DNA from: Takakia lepidozioides
Taxonomy: Eukaryota; Plantae; Bryophyta
NCBI GenBank assembly: GCA_030704615.1
Contig: CM060734.1
Location: forward strand, 25,234,001 to 25,298,000
Direction of reading: 5' to 3'
DNA: 64,000 nucleotides
Each line of letters starts with the position of its first letter. Position 1 is the first letter of the stretch. A model generated the notes under the pieces. That model was given only the letters and a program-made list of their open reading frames with translations. It was not told the DNA's origin and did not search any database. Shown piece after piece: positions 27,901-41,941 of the stretch. The translations under genes and the position numbers were made by a program.

Positions 27901-28919
27901 GCGCGGGGCCCACCGGCCACATCGCACGTGCCCATTGAAGACCCTATTATCTTAAAATGAGAGGCGCTTGTGGAGGGGGCCCAGCACCTCAAAAGCATAT
28001 GGGAGCCTAGCAGCCCTGGGAAGGGGCAAAGAGCTTCATGGTGACATTATCAAAGCTAGAATTGTACCAGATGTCATTCTGAACAGTCCCCTGGTGTACA
28101 TCTACATCAAATGTGAGCCTGGCAGCCCTGGCTAGAGAAGAACATGAAGAGGGCTTACAATTTCGTTCGTCCGGGCGTAGACATTGCTGGCAATGAGAAG
28201 AAGGCAGGAAAGCAGTTCAGTGTTCCTAGCATGCATGTGGAGACGCCGTGTAGAAGTTAGGCTCAGACTTTTATCATGGCTGGATTTTGTTGACAGTGTT
28301 CCAACACTTATTCTCTGGGATTTTATTTTATTTTGTAGAACTTGAATCCCCAATGGTATTTCTTTCACTACAATAGTGGTATGTGCTCCTCTAGTCATGT
28401 TCCTAATCACTTGCACGCCACTGTAATAGTGGTATAATTTAAAACTGTAAGAGTAGCCAAATACACACAATTGCCTCCATTACCACTCCTGTAGTGGTAT
28501 AAGTAATAACCTATGTATTACTGTATTAGTGGTATGAATTCCTCTAGTGGTATTCCTAATCACTTACACACCACTCTGTTAGTAATCATTCCAATCCATA
28601 GTTCCCACTCAGAGAGACACCATGGATGATTCAAATAGCTTACATACCACTATGTGGGTAATCATTCTAATGACCTGCTGAGAGACGTCATCCACTCACA
28701 TAACCACGGTTTGAGTGATATTGTATATTCTCAGTTTTCATATAATGACTCTGTGAGTCATTTCGCGATCACTCAACAAGTGGTTTCGGAAGTCATTGAA
28801 TTTTTCACTCCATCCATTTCGTAGCACCGACACAAGACACGTGTCCATGCTGAGAGTGTCGCCACGTGTCAACATAATCTCCAATATCATCCACGGACCA
28901 CTGACTTCCAAGTGTCCAC

Positions 28920-29630
28920 TTGAAAACGTTGATGCTGAGGGCTGCAACAAGGTCTGGGGATCCAATGAAGATGGCAAAGGCAGTGAACAGGTGCACAGGG
29001 GGCTTGCCTCTCCAATCAAAGGAGCCTCATCTGGAAGGAGAAGAAAGGTTCGGGACTTGCAAACGCAAGCTAAATACACCTCTAGGATCGGATGGGGATT
29101 CACATCGCCATGACAAAGACAACTTCTCTGTACCGAAGATGTCTCCATTACAACCACTGGCATCCAATAGCAAAGAGGCTGCTGGTGCATCTTCTTCCAC
29201 CCAGCTCCCTGTCCTTTGACTTCAACCCCTGGAATTGCGGATTGCCTACAGGACCGCCGGGGGCAGTGCAGTAGTCACCTTGTGCTGACTCCGAATGACA
29301 CATCGAGCGGACTACTCCAGGGTCTAGAGTTGGCTGCGCGGCAGTGAGGGCCATCAGTTATGAAAAGTGTAAGTCCAGGATAGCCAAAGGCTCAGCGGGT
29401 ACCCCAGCTCTGACTTGATTTGGCCATATATATCGAAGGAGTCCAAGACGCACAAATTTTGGTTCTGCCCGGACGATATGGCTCGCTGTGTGAATGGTAC
29501 CGTCCGTGACTCATGCATTGATAAGCCTCCTCCCCCACCCACCATTTGGCCAGTACGCGCACTACAAGAGAAAATGGTTTTAGCAACACCTCTTCTCACA
29601 CTTTCAGTGTGAAAAGAGCCCGAGTTCACC
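28920..29630 (+). pseudogene. Degenerate internal fragment of the MULE transposase family seen at 37572-41086
   Basis: LMLRAATRSGDPMKMAKAV...PHLEGEERFGTCKRKLNTPLGSDGDSHR and HKFWFCPDDMARCVNGTVR align directly with LMLRAANRSGDPIKIARAV...PHLEGEERFGSCKRKLNTPPGSDSDSHR and HKFWFCADDCARCVHGTVR. Confidence 0.9.
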
Positions 29631-30289
29631 CCCCCCCCCCCGGCGTTAGGTTAACCTAGTCGTTTAAGCCAGTTGTGAACTTATATGGTCATGTTAAAAA
29701 AAACCCTCTCACACCCAAGCTCACACCTGACGTGGCATAAGGTTAAGGTGGCTCTTCTAACGGATATTATGACGGCCGTGTTGACTGGCCACTACAACTA
29801 GAACTTTGACTAAGTAATTTTAACGGCTCTTTATATGGCACTTACTACACCACTTTGCCACCATGTCTGCCACATGTATGTCAAAGGGATTGCCAGTCCA
29901 TCATAATTATTAATTAAATTATAATAAATCTAGGGGCTCTTCTTACGGCTTCACTGACACAGATTTAACACTAGGTTCGACACGTGTCAATCGCCACTTG
30001 TGAGTTAGTGATGAACTAATTACAGCTTGTTATTTGGAAATGTGACACATGTCCGAATGTGTTTGCGCCAACTGGAATAGCAATGGGAGGAGGTGTGACA
30101 TATTTCATATGGCCTGACATCCCAACTAATATGTGGAGCAAAGGTAATATGACACATGTAATTATTTCCAATCGTGGTGTAAATTTAATTACACAGGTGT
30201 AAACACTGTCACATCCAGTGTTGTGTTTCTATTTGACGAAAAGTAGTGTAATAACAGTTATTATCTATTGATAAATAGTAATAACAATA

Positions 30290-32640
30290 ACCCTAGGGTA
30301 GCCTGTGCCGTTGGCCCAAGTGTCCAGTGTCATCTAAGCCCAAATGCAATCTCCTATGTATTCAAGTGTGTCTCTTATGTATCCAAAGGCATCTCCCATG
30401 TGCGTCTCCCATGTCGAGGCCCATCTAAGCCTAGTGTGCAATCTCCTATGATACGTCTCCCATGTCAAGGCCCGATTAATTTTCTTCCATGAAAACTTTG
30501 AGTAGTAATATATCCTATCATTATTGATGTATCTCCAGTCTCTAGGGTACGGTAGCCTGTGCCGTTGGCCCAAGTGTCCAATGTCATCTAAGTCCAAATG
30601 CATTTTTTTTCCACAGAGCCTACGACCAGATTTGAACCGGAGACCTTTCCCTTGATATCTCTCCTGTCGAGGCTCCAACCATTGTCCCAGGAATGCCCAC
30701 TTTGCTATTTTTCGTGAGTTTTCAGCGACCAAAAGTGCTTGAAATTCCACATCTCCCACACCGCAGGTCTAAAAATCATGAGAGCAAGCCCGTGCACCCC
30801 TCCTCGTCGAGGGCTTTCCAACGGTACTAAGCACCAGGGCTGGGGTCTCGCGGTTCGGGACATCTCAACGTGACAAAACAAACAAACAAAACAAAACAAA
30901 ACAATGTCATCTAAGTCCAAGTACAATGCCCTATGTATCCAAGTGCGTCTCCTATGTTGAGGCCGGCCAAACGCGACCTCTACTATAGCTGTGCCATTGG
31001 CCTAAGTGTCTAGTGTCATCTAAGCCCGAATGCAAGATCTCCTATGTATCCAAGTGCGTCTCCTATGTCGAGGCCGGCCAAATGCGACCTCTACGATAGT
31101 TGTCGTTGGCCTAAGTGTCCAGTGTCATCTAAGCCCAAGTGCAAGATCTCCTATGTATCCTAGTGCGTCTCCTATGTGGAGGCCCAAGTGCGACCTCTAG
31201 GGTAGCCTGTGCCACTGGCCCATGTGTGAAGAATTGAAATCTAAACCAAGTGCAATTTCCTATGTATCCAAGTGCATCTTCTATGTTGAGACCCATCTAA
31301 GCCCAGGTGCAATCTTATATGTTCTAAGTGCATCTCCCATGTAGAGGCCCAAGTGTTGAGTGTCATCTAAGAGCATCTCCTGCGGTGCAAGCCAAAATGC
31401 CCCGCCAAATGCATTGTGGCGGCCAGATTGGCGGGGCCAATTTCCAAAATATCGGAAGAGTAGAAAAGATTCCCTGCCGTGCAAGCCCAATGCCTCGCTA
31501 TCTTGGCATTCCAGTGTCATCATCTAAGTCCAAGTGCAATCCCCTATGTATCCAAGTGCGTCTCCTATGTCGAGGCCCAAATTCGACCTCTAGGGTAGCT
31601 TGTGCCGTTGGCCCAAGTGTCCAGTGTCATCATCTAAGTCCAAGTGCAATCCCCTATGTATCCAAGTGCGTCTCCCATGTCGAGGCCCAAAAGTGACCTC
31701 TAGGGTAGCCTGTGTCGTTGGCCCAAGTGTCCAGTGTCATCTAAGCCCAAGTGAAAGATCTTCTATGTATCCCAGTGCGTCTCCTATGTCGAGGCCCAAG
31801 TGCGACCTCTAGTGTAGCCTATGTCGTCGGCCCATGTGTGACGAATTGAAATCTAAGACCAAGTGCAATTTCCTATGTATCCAAGTGCGTCTCCTATGTT
31901 GAGGCCCATCTAAGCCCATGAAGTGCAATCTTCTATTCATGTATCCAAGTGCATCTCCTATGTAGAGGCCCAAGTGTCTAGTGGATCATCTTAACGCAAG
32001 TGTCTAGGGTGGCCTGTGCCATTAGCCCAAGTGTCCAATGTCATCTAGGTCATCTAAGTCTAGTCATTCTTTTTCCAAAGAGCCTATGACCAGATTTGAA
32101 CTGGAGACCTTCCCCTTCATATCTCTCATGTCGAGGCTCCAATCATTGTCCCAGGAATGCCCACTTTGCTATTTTTTGAATTTCCGACGACCAAAAGTAC
32201 TTGAAATTCCACATCTCCCACACCACATGTCCAAAAATCATGAGACCAAGTCGGTGCCCCCTCCTCATCGAGGGCTTTCCAACGGTACCAAGCACTCAGG
32301 CTGGGGCCCACGGTTTGGGACATCTCAACGCTACAAAACAAACAAAACAAAACAAAACAAACAAACTGGCTTCCTTCATATATTGACTAGGGTAGCTTGT
32401 GCCGTTGGCCCAAGTGTCCAATGTCATCTAAGTCCAAGGGGACATATGAAGCAAGCCATATCTAATCATTTTTTTTTTCCCACAAAGCCTACAACCTGAT
32501 TTGAACTGGAGACCTTCCCCTTGATATATCTCCTGTCGAGGCTCCAATCATTGTCCGACAACCAAAAGTACTTGAAATTCGTTTTAGCCATATCTCATCA
32601 TTTTTTCTCCACATAGCCTACGACCAGATTTGAACTAGAG
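30290..32640. repeat. Degenerate tandem satellite (~100-120 bp unit) with a duplicated ~300-bp insert
   Basis: Recurrent CTAGGGTAGCCTGTGCCGTTGGCCCAAGTGTCCAGTGTCATCTAAGCCCAAGTGCAATCTCCTATGTATCCAAGTGCGTCTCCTATGTCGAGGCCCA. Segment ~30600-30920 recurs at ~32060-32360. Confidence 0.9.
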
Positions 32641-33331
32641 ACGGCGCCACGGGCCAGTCGCGTCCCGCCATTGGCGAGGTCACGGGTTCAAACCCGCTGC
32701 CCCCCCCCCCCCCCCCCCCCCCCATGTGTTTCGTTTTTCTTGAGCAGTGGCGCCTCGCCACGTGGCGAGGCGCCGCTTGATGCTTTAAAAAAAGAAAACA
32801 AACGACGGCCAGACGGCGGGTCGTTGGATTTTAATAAAAAGAAAACGACGCGAACGCCGCATGACGGTCGCTATATTTTACAAAAAAAAAACAAAAGAAA
32901 GACCGCCATATCCGTTCGTTCGGTGGACGTATTCAATGCGATGACGGCGGATAGTTGGCGCCTGTGAAATCACGCCGCATTGGCAGTGCCATGCCCGCTT
33001 CCCCCTTTTACTTCTACTTTCTTCATTCTCTTCGCGCCTGTTTCTTCGCACAGTTTTGCACTACTTTGTTTTCCTCTTTGCGTTTCCATCACCGTAACGA
33101 AAGACGGCCGTTCTTCCCCAGGTGTGGAGAGTCGCGGTGAGCCGCGAAGCGTCACAAACACGCTCGCCTTCGTAACAACTCGAAGTTCATCGGCTCGGTG
33201 AGGTTCTCACTTGTTGCGGTGTTTCCATTCCATTCTGTGTCATCTTCTTGCTTAGGGTGAGTCTTTTCATAGGACTTCTATCTGTCGCTCTGTTGCTCAT
33301 TGTCCTTGCACCTTCGTTTCATTCTGCAGCG

Positions 33332-36300
33332 ATGGAGGATGCTTGTGAAAAAGGTGGAGCGGACTGGTTGGATTTTGTGCACCAAACCAGACTGAAGAAG
33401 GAGCAAAGGTACTGGTACTCACCAGACGAGTTTGATCATAAAATAGTGGAAGCATTTGTAGACCTCCGCGCCCGGAAGCCCAAAAACTCGAATTGGCAGA
33501 AGGACAAGCTCTTCTGTCTCTTCTGTGAAGAGGTAATCAAGGACAAAATCCAACTAAATTGGCATTGTGTTGACACGGGTTGCAAGGAGACTGTTGCAAT
33601 GATTCCACGGGATTTCAAGCCTTGGCCGATACTGAAAGAAATGTCGATTGTCAAAGAGGCCACAATGCGCTTGCCCGGATCAATGCTTGACCCCCGCACT
33701 TTGGAATTAGACGAAGTGCGCGCACGGTATGGCGTCCATTATGGTGGCCCGTCAATGGAGGATTTGCAAGTGCAGGGAACGCTGGACGCTCCCAGAAAAC
33801 GTAAACTGAGTGATGGGGCCCAAAAAAAGGAGAGGCAAAAAAAGAGAAGGCTGCAAGGTCTGCTCGCGAGGCAAGGGCAAAATCCACGCAACAGACTGAA
33901 CCCCGTCCTGGGCGGCAGACCCACACCATCAGTACTAATACTGAAAGTGAATCTGCTCAGGTCCTGGAAGGGGTGACAAGTCCAGTGGACATTGACTTGC
34001 CTGACCAGACTCGGCAGCAGACTCACACAAATATCGCGACCCATGCCATCGGTTTAGGGTCAAAACCAAAAACTCAATAGAGCACTGAAGGGCCAGTCTG
34101 CCCTGGCACATTGCGCCTCGTTGACTTTGGGCTTTTCCCACTAGAGTGCCCACCAATTGGGGATCCAGACTTCTTCCGTTATTTCTACAGAGTTGCCCAG
34201 TCAGGTCTGCTACGCACATTAATCCGACAGGCGGAACAGAACTGGTTGAATAGCTTTGAAGATGAAGATGACGATGATGAAGTAGAGGAGGTAATGGTCA
34301 GTCTGACCGCCCAGTCTGTTCTCTGTGCTGTTTGAGTCCATCATCGGGGTCACGTTGCCTATTCAGTCTGGTCAGTCCCCTGCGTTCTCTCCTCAGTCCG
34401 CTGGCTCAGTCCGCTCGTCAGTTAGTCTGTTTTATATCGCTGCATTACTTACTGAGTCCGTTTGTCAGTCCGCTGGTCCAGTCCACTGGTATAGTCTACT
34501 AGTTGCCTCCACCCTATGTACGCACGTTACAGTCTGCTGGTCTGTGAGTCCAGTCCGCTGCATGAGGTGAATATAGAGTCCACGTCCATGTTCCTGACGT
34601 CGAAGTTCTCTGCCATGTACCAGGATGAACGTGTTTCTATTCGTAGGGACATTCAGGCTTGGCGGATACCTAGCAATGATGCTCCTTTACAAGCGACTGC
34701 AGTGCGTGCGGAAGTGGATCGCGTGCAAGAGTACATATAATTGAAGTATCCTGGGTCATCTGCTGCTATAGCGGCATTACATATTGAAGACGCGTCGGGG
34801 GGGAATGCGTCTAGGAGAGCCAAGTCTGCCATCCAGCAGACTCCCATTCAGCAGGCCGTCATCCAGCAAACTCCCGTTCAGCAGCCTGTCATCCAGCAGA
34901 CTCCAACAGAGCAGACTCCCAACGAGCAGCCTGTCATTCTGCAAACTCCTCTCCAGGAGCCCATCATGCAGCCCATGCCAATGGGAAGTCCTGTCATCCA
35001 ACAGACTGCGGACCAGCAGACTGCCTTTCTCTCACATAGCACGGCGCTTTTTGTAGTTTGGCGATCGCCATCACCGGTAATTCGACCCGGAGCTGAAGAC
35101 CTCACACTTCCCCGGCTTAGGGTGGGAGAAATTAATCCCCATTTGGATTGGCATAATGAGCTCCACCGGATTGTTGCGGACCGCCGGTGGTCATTTGTAC
35201 CCTTTCATTATTCCATGGAGTTTTCTATTGAGGAAGCCAACTATGTTCTAGAAGCCGCCTCTGCTGTTGCCATTGAAGCCACAAGCGACCAAAATGCGCC
35301 GCCTCTACTTGTGCAGCTGATTCTCATGGATGACCCACGGCCTGAAGACCTCAGACATATGCCTATGGCACATCCAACCTTTGGGGTGCGAAGAAAGCAC
35401 TTGTTCGGATTGACTGAGGAGGACTTTGAGCGCATGGCAGCTTCCTTCCTACAACACAGATGGATGCAATTTGGCAATTTCCGCTCATACAATAAGTTGA
35501 TGAAGGATCTGCATAGTTTGAGGATGGACTTACTCCATGGAACAGACCATTTACAGAAGTTTGTGGTGGATGACGCATTGCACTGGTTTGCATTGGTAAT
35601 GGAGCGAGCAGTATTCGACATTGTTTTGCAGAATCCCAATGTCTTCAAAGTCCTGTGGTGTGGGATCCCAACTGAAGACCGCATCGGCGCGATTGCTCAT
35701 CTCGATGGAGCATGCCTGTGCCGGCAAATCAAGGACATTGGCCTCGTCGGAAATCTCTTGGAAGGTAAAATGTTATGGGCAACTTTCGTGTTTCAGCTCA
35801 ATTTCTTTTGCCAACTTTTTTACAAGTTCACATTTGCATAAACATGTGTTGCAGGGCGAGTTGATCTGGGAGACAAGCAAGTGCAGGCTGCTTTTGACTC
35901 TTTTGCCAGAGGTGCAAGGGACCTTGTCCTGGCTTTACAAAGAGTTCGGGAGACTGTCCAGCAGACTGGCCACAAGAATGTCAAACAACATATTCCCCAC
36001 GACACATGTGGGCAGACTGCCCAAGTGCTAGAGATCGAGCATGTGCACCAGACCGTCCCGGGTAATAGGCCGGATCACTCCCAGCAGACTGCCCCGCACA
36101 CACATACTCAGTATGTGCAAACAGTACTGAGCGGGTAGCGAACTTTGCAGACTTTGCAGCAGACCGGAGAATAGACCGGCCAACAGACTGCCCCTCAGCC
36201 GACTGTGCAGCAGACCAGCGAACATGGCCACCAGACTGCCCCTCAGCAAACTGTACATCAGACCGTGCAGCAGACCGACGAATCCAGCCAGCAGATTGCC

Positions 36301-36993
36301 CCTCAGCAGACTGTACAGCACACTGGCGAACCCACTCAGCAGATGGCCGAGCAGACTATCCAGGAGACTAACAGCCAGTCTGTTCCCTGGATTGTGCAAC
36401 AGACTCGGATGCACTGGCTTCACCGGGACCCTGTGGACGAATTTCTGCTGAGTTCCCAACAACATATTTTTGGATCTGTCAGTATGAGTATTTTGACCGA
36501 GTCCACTTTCCCCCCAGGCACATTCACTAACAACGTCATCAGGTCACCGGTAAAGCATTCTTATCCAGCTCCCCGTGGCCTGCCTTCTATGACCTTCCAG
36601 GTTAGTCCCGTTTTCGTGCGCTCAGTGGCGAAAGCCATAGATGAGTCTTACGTGATGACCGAACTCAATCTGGGAACGCAAAACCGTATCATAGATCTTA
36701 CAGAAGAGTCTGAGGAAGCAATTGCCGGTGGGTCTTCCATACATGTTCTTGATGTTTCCCAAGTCCATGGAAATCCGAACACCCAGCCGGCTGTCCACCA
36801 GACTGACCAGCACACTGAACAGTGGACACATGGAAGGACTGCCGAGCAACCTGTGGCGGGGCAGCATACTGTCTTCATTGATGAGCAGACCGAACCGCAG
36901 ACTAACCAACAGGCTGACCAGCAACGACGCAATGGCGTGAGCGTTGCACGTGAGCGCGCGAGCGTACGCTCACGCAGGAGTGACGTGGCGTGA
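33332..36993 (+). CDS. Unknown multi-exon protein with CxxC..H..C motif and long QQT-rich repeats (TE-associated, frameshifted)
   Basis: ATG at 33332 after an acceptor AG. FCLFCEEVIKDKIQLNWHCVDTGC motif. Intron ~34291-34532. A globular region at ~35090-35765 lies between Q-rich tracts built from CAGCAGAC repeats. Several frame breaks. Confidence 0.55.
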
Positions 36994-37130
36994 GCGTACG
37001 CTCACGCCAGCTGACGTGGCGTGAGCCTGCACACACGCTGATGTGGCGTGAGCGTCATGTCAGCATGCTGATGTGGCGGTAAATGATGATGTGGCACTGT
37101 CCGTCAACTGCCACGTCAACATTAACATGC
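36930..37130. repeat. Palindromic GCGTGAGCGTACGCTCACGC and TGA(C/T)GTGGC repeat cluster
   Basis: Two near-perfect palindromes and several TGACGTGGC/TGATGTGGC copies, ending with the inverse GCCACGTCA. Confidence 0.8.
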
Positions 37131-37571
37131 GCCGCCTATAACCGTGGATGGTCCTATTACCGTGGAATTAATGCAGGGAATCTTGCCTAAATAGAATCAA
37201 GACGAGCGTTGAGGCCTACAATTGCAGCATCCAACATTGTGCAATTACAAATGCTTGTTTCACTTTTACAATTACGAAGACGACAATATATCCTCACAAA
37301 GTGTGCGCCATAAAGGCTGCCACGAGAAGACTTCCTCCCTCCTCAAATAACAATGAGAGTTATGATCATCTTCAAAAGATGATTGTAGTGCATAGCGACA
37401 GCAAGACATGTAGACTTCGAACGGTGCAATGACAAATGTGCACTACCTAAAAGTTGTCACTCAGACCTCACTCCGTATAGTTGGAGGCCATATCATTGCA
37501 CAGCCGACGAATTGATGTGAATTACACATTTCAAATCATGGTCATCCACATACCACATTACATAGTTCATG

Positions 37572-40500
37572 CTACCCATGTGTTGTATCCTGCTGCAAAA
37601 GAGTATCGACCTCGTTGAAACTCATAGTGGCCTGGTGAATGAAGTTGTCACGTTTGGGATCGCAAACCATCCTCCTCAAAAATATGAAATACAAATGTTT
37701 GCAGGGTATGAATTTACCTCTCTTGCCCAAACTGGTTGATAGCATATTCACAAAATCAGGACATGTGCAATTGGGGAAATTGGAAACCGTGATGTCGTAG
37801 GTCCTGTCATGAACAGCAGATGTGGAAGTGATGATTGTGAATACCCGACCATATCCTGGATCGGGTACTTCCGTGGTGCTTCCGACACGAGCTTGGAGCA
37901 TTCTTGCGGACTCCACTTTGCCAAAGTGTTCAGCGGTTGGAGGGAAACGCCGAACGAGCTTTCCATCTCGTTTGGTTGGCCACAAGTCAGGATTTGTCGG
38001 GGGGACCCGGGAGGACGCAGGAGTAGTAGCACATGCATGGAGTTGGGGTTGTCTCACAAGGGAAAAACCTGCCTCCTCCAGCATTTCAATCTCCTGAAAG
38101 CTGAGATGTGTTCCCACCTTCACGGGCCAAACGGTTGGAGGAGATGGCTTCATCACTACGGAAGGACGCACAGTTCCATGCACACATCTGGCACAATCAT
38201 CTGCGCAGAACCAGAACTTGTGGTTCTTGGCTTCTGGTTGACCGTATGGACGCATCAAGCCCGTGAAAGTCGGAGCAGGAGTTCGGGCACCACCTCTGGA
38301 TATAGATGAAGTGCACTTCTCGAAATTAGTTGTCCTGATCGCTGTACATTTCACACGAGACCCGACACTTGTGCGTTCTATGTGCCAAACGTGGTCGGGG
38401 CATGCGGACTCAAGCACATCAAGGGGGTTGTTTCTCTCTTGCACCATTTCAGTGGCACGGTTTGATGCTGGAGCTTGCCGTCGTGTTGGAGGTTCCTCCA
38501 CAATGGAGGTTTCGGACATGGAGCTGTCATGCAGGGGAACACGAGGCTTCGAGAAGTTATCACGGTCTGCCCTGTGGGAATCTGAATCCGAACCAGGTGG
38601 AGTGTTCAATTTCCTCTTACAGGAGCCGAATCTCTCCTCCCCTTCAAGATGTGGAACTCTAGAAACAAGTGGCGTTCCCTGGGCATACATGCTCACCGCC
38701 CGTGCTATCTTGATTGGATCCCCAGATCTGTTTGCAGCACGCAACATCAACTCCCATTTGTCCGGACCCTTGCCACCAACCCCACCTCGTAAGAAATCAC
38801 GGTATCGGGTTTGTTGTTGCAAGGCACGTATCAAATCATCTGTTGTTGCCACATACAAATCCCAACCTCGTTTCCCAGACTGCTGCAACCATGCATTGTG
38901 CACAGTTTCTGCCAAATTGCAAGATGGCATGTCCGCCATTTCCTCAATGGACATGTTCTGCAAAGAGGATAACCACACTTCAGAATAGTGCACAGGAAAC
39001 AACTTAAAGAAAGCAATGAGTCAAAAATATGGAAAGCAAATGTATGAATAAAGCATGAAATAGAAGCCTCGTACCATTGTCATGGCTGCTCCCCACTGTC
39101 TATACCGGAAGTGCCAAAACGCCAGCCAATCTTCCAATGCTCTCATACTCTCAAGTGATGCAGCTCCAAAGAGAACCACCAGGCACGAATTGTCTGGAAC
39201 AAAGTGTCCGCCTCCTTCATTGTTCTAGCATCTTTGTACTCTTTGCACAATTTACGGTGCTGAGTCTGCATCTCTGGTTTGATGTCCGACTTTGTATGTT
39301 TTTCCAGAGATTGTGTCCAATGGAATAGACATGTACGCTCTCTTCCTGGCATAGGCACTTTTGGGTCGCCCGATCCGAAGACAATACGAATAGCATTGAA
39401 ATTTGCTTGAGCACTATCCGCCATGAAACCTGCGAAATTTGGAGATGGCAGCCCATGGCAGCCCATGACACGTATCAGGGAATTCCACATGAGCTTCTGG
39501 GATTCCGTATCCTCGGATTGCATGTCACAAACTGCAATTGTCATAACTCGTTGGTACACTGGATCGTAGACATGACAAGCCATTGTCGTCCAATCCTTCA
39601 CTCGTTTCACATGATCAAACATAAGAAAACAGTTCTGCAAGTCCCCAGTCTTCTGCATCCGCTTCACGAGGCTAACCCCACTGCCCTCCCCAACAGTCGA
39701 CATTTTGAAAAGAAAAACTTTGATGGCACCTTGACCTGGGAATACATTGTCCTGGATGTAATCGTACTTGCTCAGTCGTTTCAATTCCAAAATATTGTCT
39801 ATGTAGCCTCTGATCCCAGAGCCCATTCTCAATGCATTGATCTGATGCCGAATGTTAGGTGAACTTAAAGTGGAGAAATGATCCATGACCAGGTCCAATG
39901 CTGCACCGTCAAGTTTAGTCCCCACAGAATCTCCTTCACTCAAAATATGGCTTTCCAAGAAGGACTTGCTTGCGCCAAGAGCAATTGCAGATGTTGTTGC
40001 GGATGGGTTTCTCCCGAACTCCTGTTTGATCAACCTCGATACTGTCTCAACACTCTCCCTGTAATCCCCCTTCGAGACAGGATGGTTATGGAATCCAAAA
40101 TGCACACAAGCTCTCGTCATTGTATTCAAACGGTGGACAACATAGTACATTCTTGCTCCGCAGAGCGCCAAGCAGGATGGCACAAGTTTGCAGAATTTGC
40201 AGACGAAAGTGTTTGCCGGTGGAGGGGCAGTCCCAGGCTGAAATGGATTCTCCGCCAGACCCTCCCATTCGCTTTGATTATGAACACCAGACTGAAGAAA
40301 GTGTCTGCAATTCAAATTATCACACCTAAGGTGTCCATTGCAAACTGTCCTCCTGAAAACAAGCTTGTCATCATTCTGAATATTGGATGTTTTTGTTCTG
40401 CACCACGGGTGCCCGTCGTGTTTCTTGTCCATTCCATGCATCATGATTGTTACACCTCCAACTCGCGGAGGAGGAGGCAGCTCGAATAGGATATCGCCAT

Positions 40501-41086
40501 CAAAAGTCTCCGGCAAGAACTTCACAGGCACCTGCTTCAAAGATTCCCAATCAATTCCCCGCAACTCACTTTTGAATCCAGCCATTCCTCCCATCGCCCG
40601 CAATTTTGGAATGACACTACAAATCTCTTCTTCATCAGCTTCTGCAACCACAGTAGGAAGGACTAGATTTGGAATTTCACTTATGTCATCATCGGAAGAA
40701 TCCGAAAGCTCAACGATTGGAGTGGAGGAAGTCTGTTCTTTTTTCACCACCACCTCCCTCTTGTCTTCAACGACCGAAGCAGCAGTCCCGGGCGTCACAT
40801 ATGACCCAAGGGACTTTCGCCGAGGCTCTCCAAGTACTCTGTATCGACCAGGACGCACTCTCCACTGGCTGATATGAGCCGTCTCATCACGGTTTTGGAA
40901 AGAATATTTCACCAACTTCCCTTTCAGATCGTAAACCTCTTTCTCCAAAAAGATGGAGCCATTCTGCAGCTGAAAACGGGTAGCCAAGACATGTTCCAGA
41001 ACAATTGCAAATCCATTGTCAAGGACTTCCTGGGAGAACGGCACTGGTTTGTCGTCTGAGAAGAACTCCGCTTCAGAGGAAGCCAT
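37572..41086 (-). CDS. Mutator-like (MULE) DDE transposase with GCM-like DNA-binding domain and C-terminal SWIM finger (element 1)
   Basis: join(41086..39075, 38957..37572) with a GT-AG intron and one frameshift at ~39168. N-terminal zinc domain DGHPW...CNGHLRCDNLNC...CKFC...C...HNHP. Catalytic FDHVKR, MADSAQAN, CLFH and NLAETVH. SWIM CTCPDF...PCKH. Confidence 0.9.
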
Positions 41087-41941
41087 CTTCCTTCCTCGAG
41101 TATGTTTGTACCTTGCTATCGCAGATCTAGTGTAAATCGGTTTACTGCTGTCTCCAGAACACAGTTGAAGAATGAGCAGAGCATATGGCGGAGGAAGCTC
41201 AGATAACGACTGTGCATATTCTGTTATTCATTCCAGATATGCAGCCGTCCATTTTAGTTACTTTTCTTGTGGGCCCAGTGGTCAGAGAATCCCTAGGGGC
41301 AGTGTCGGCAACTGTTAAACCGTTAATCAGAACCTCATCAATAAACCCAATAACAAAGCCGACTTCCTGGAAGCATGCCACAGGATCTGAGAATGGGATT
41401 GCAGATTAAGTAAATGTATCTATATACTACTACCAATGATCATGCGCACCTGGAAAGTTCCAAATGTGAAACGAATGTGGGGTTTGGATAACAAGGATGA
41501 CCGTGTATGATATTCCAAAATTTGTCATCAAACTCTCGTTCATTTATATTTATTTGTTTAAGACTGCGCATCAATTTCTGGGATTCGCTGTTCTTTTTAA
41601 ATATTGAACCCGTTATAATAAAGAACACGCCGTTTTTTTTTGGGCGGCACACGTCAGACATCCATAACTGAATACGAACAGCTGTACACCAATTGCTGGC
41701 ATGTGCACTAATAAGGAAACAACTATGTGTAACGGTCACGCGGGAGGGAATCCGATGCTTCTAGAGACACGCAAGAACACAAGCAATCCCGCAAGAAATC
41801 GGGAGTCACTGCGTTTTTCTACTTTTCGCGCTTAGAGGGAGAGTGGTAGTCAAGCTGGAGAGGGTTCCTTCTAGAATACGAAAGAGAAGAAAGTCTCTTT
41901 ATTTTACTTCCCTTAGAGAGAGACGCAGAGCAAGAGAGAAA

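Noticed and set aside
27385-27998. Five overlapping ORFs of 123-191 aa
   Set aside because: GC-rich low-complexity repeat with few stops by composition.
32675-32700. tRNA gene suggested by GGTTCAAACCC
   Set aside because: Only a T-arm/B-box-like piece. No A-box or cloverleaf.
38263-40877. Plus-strand ORFs of 150-240 aa
   Set aside because: Antisense shadows of the MULE transposase.
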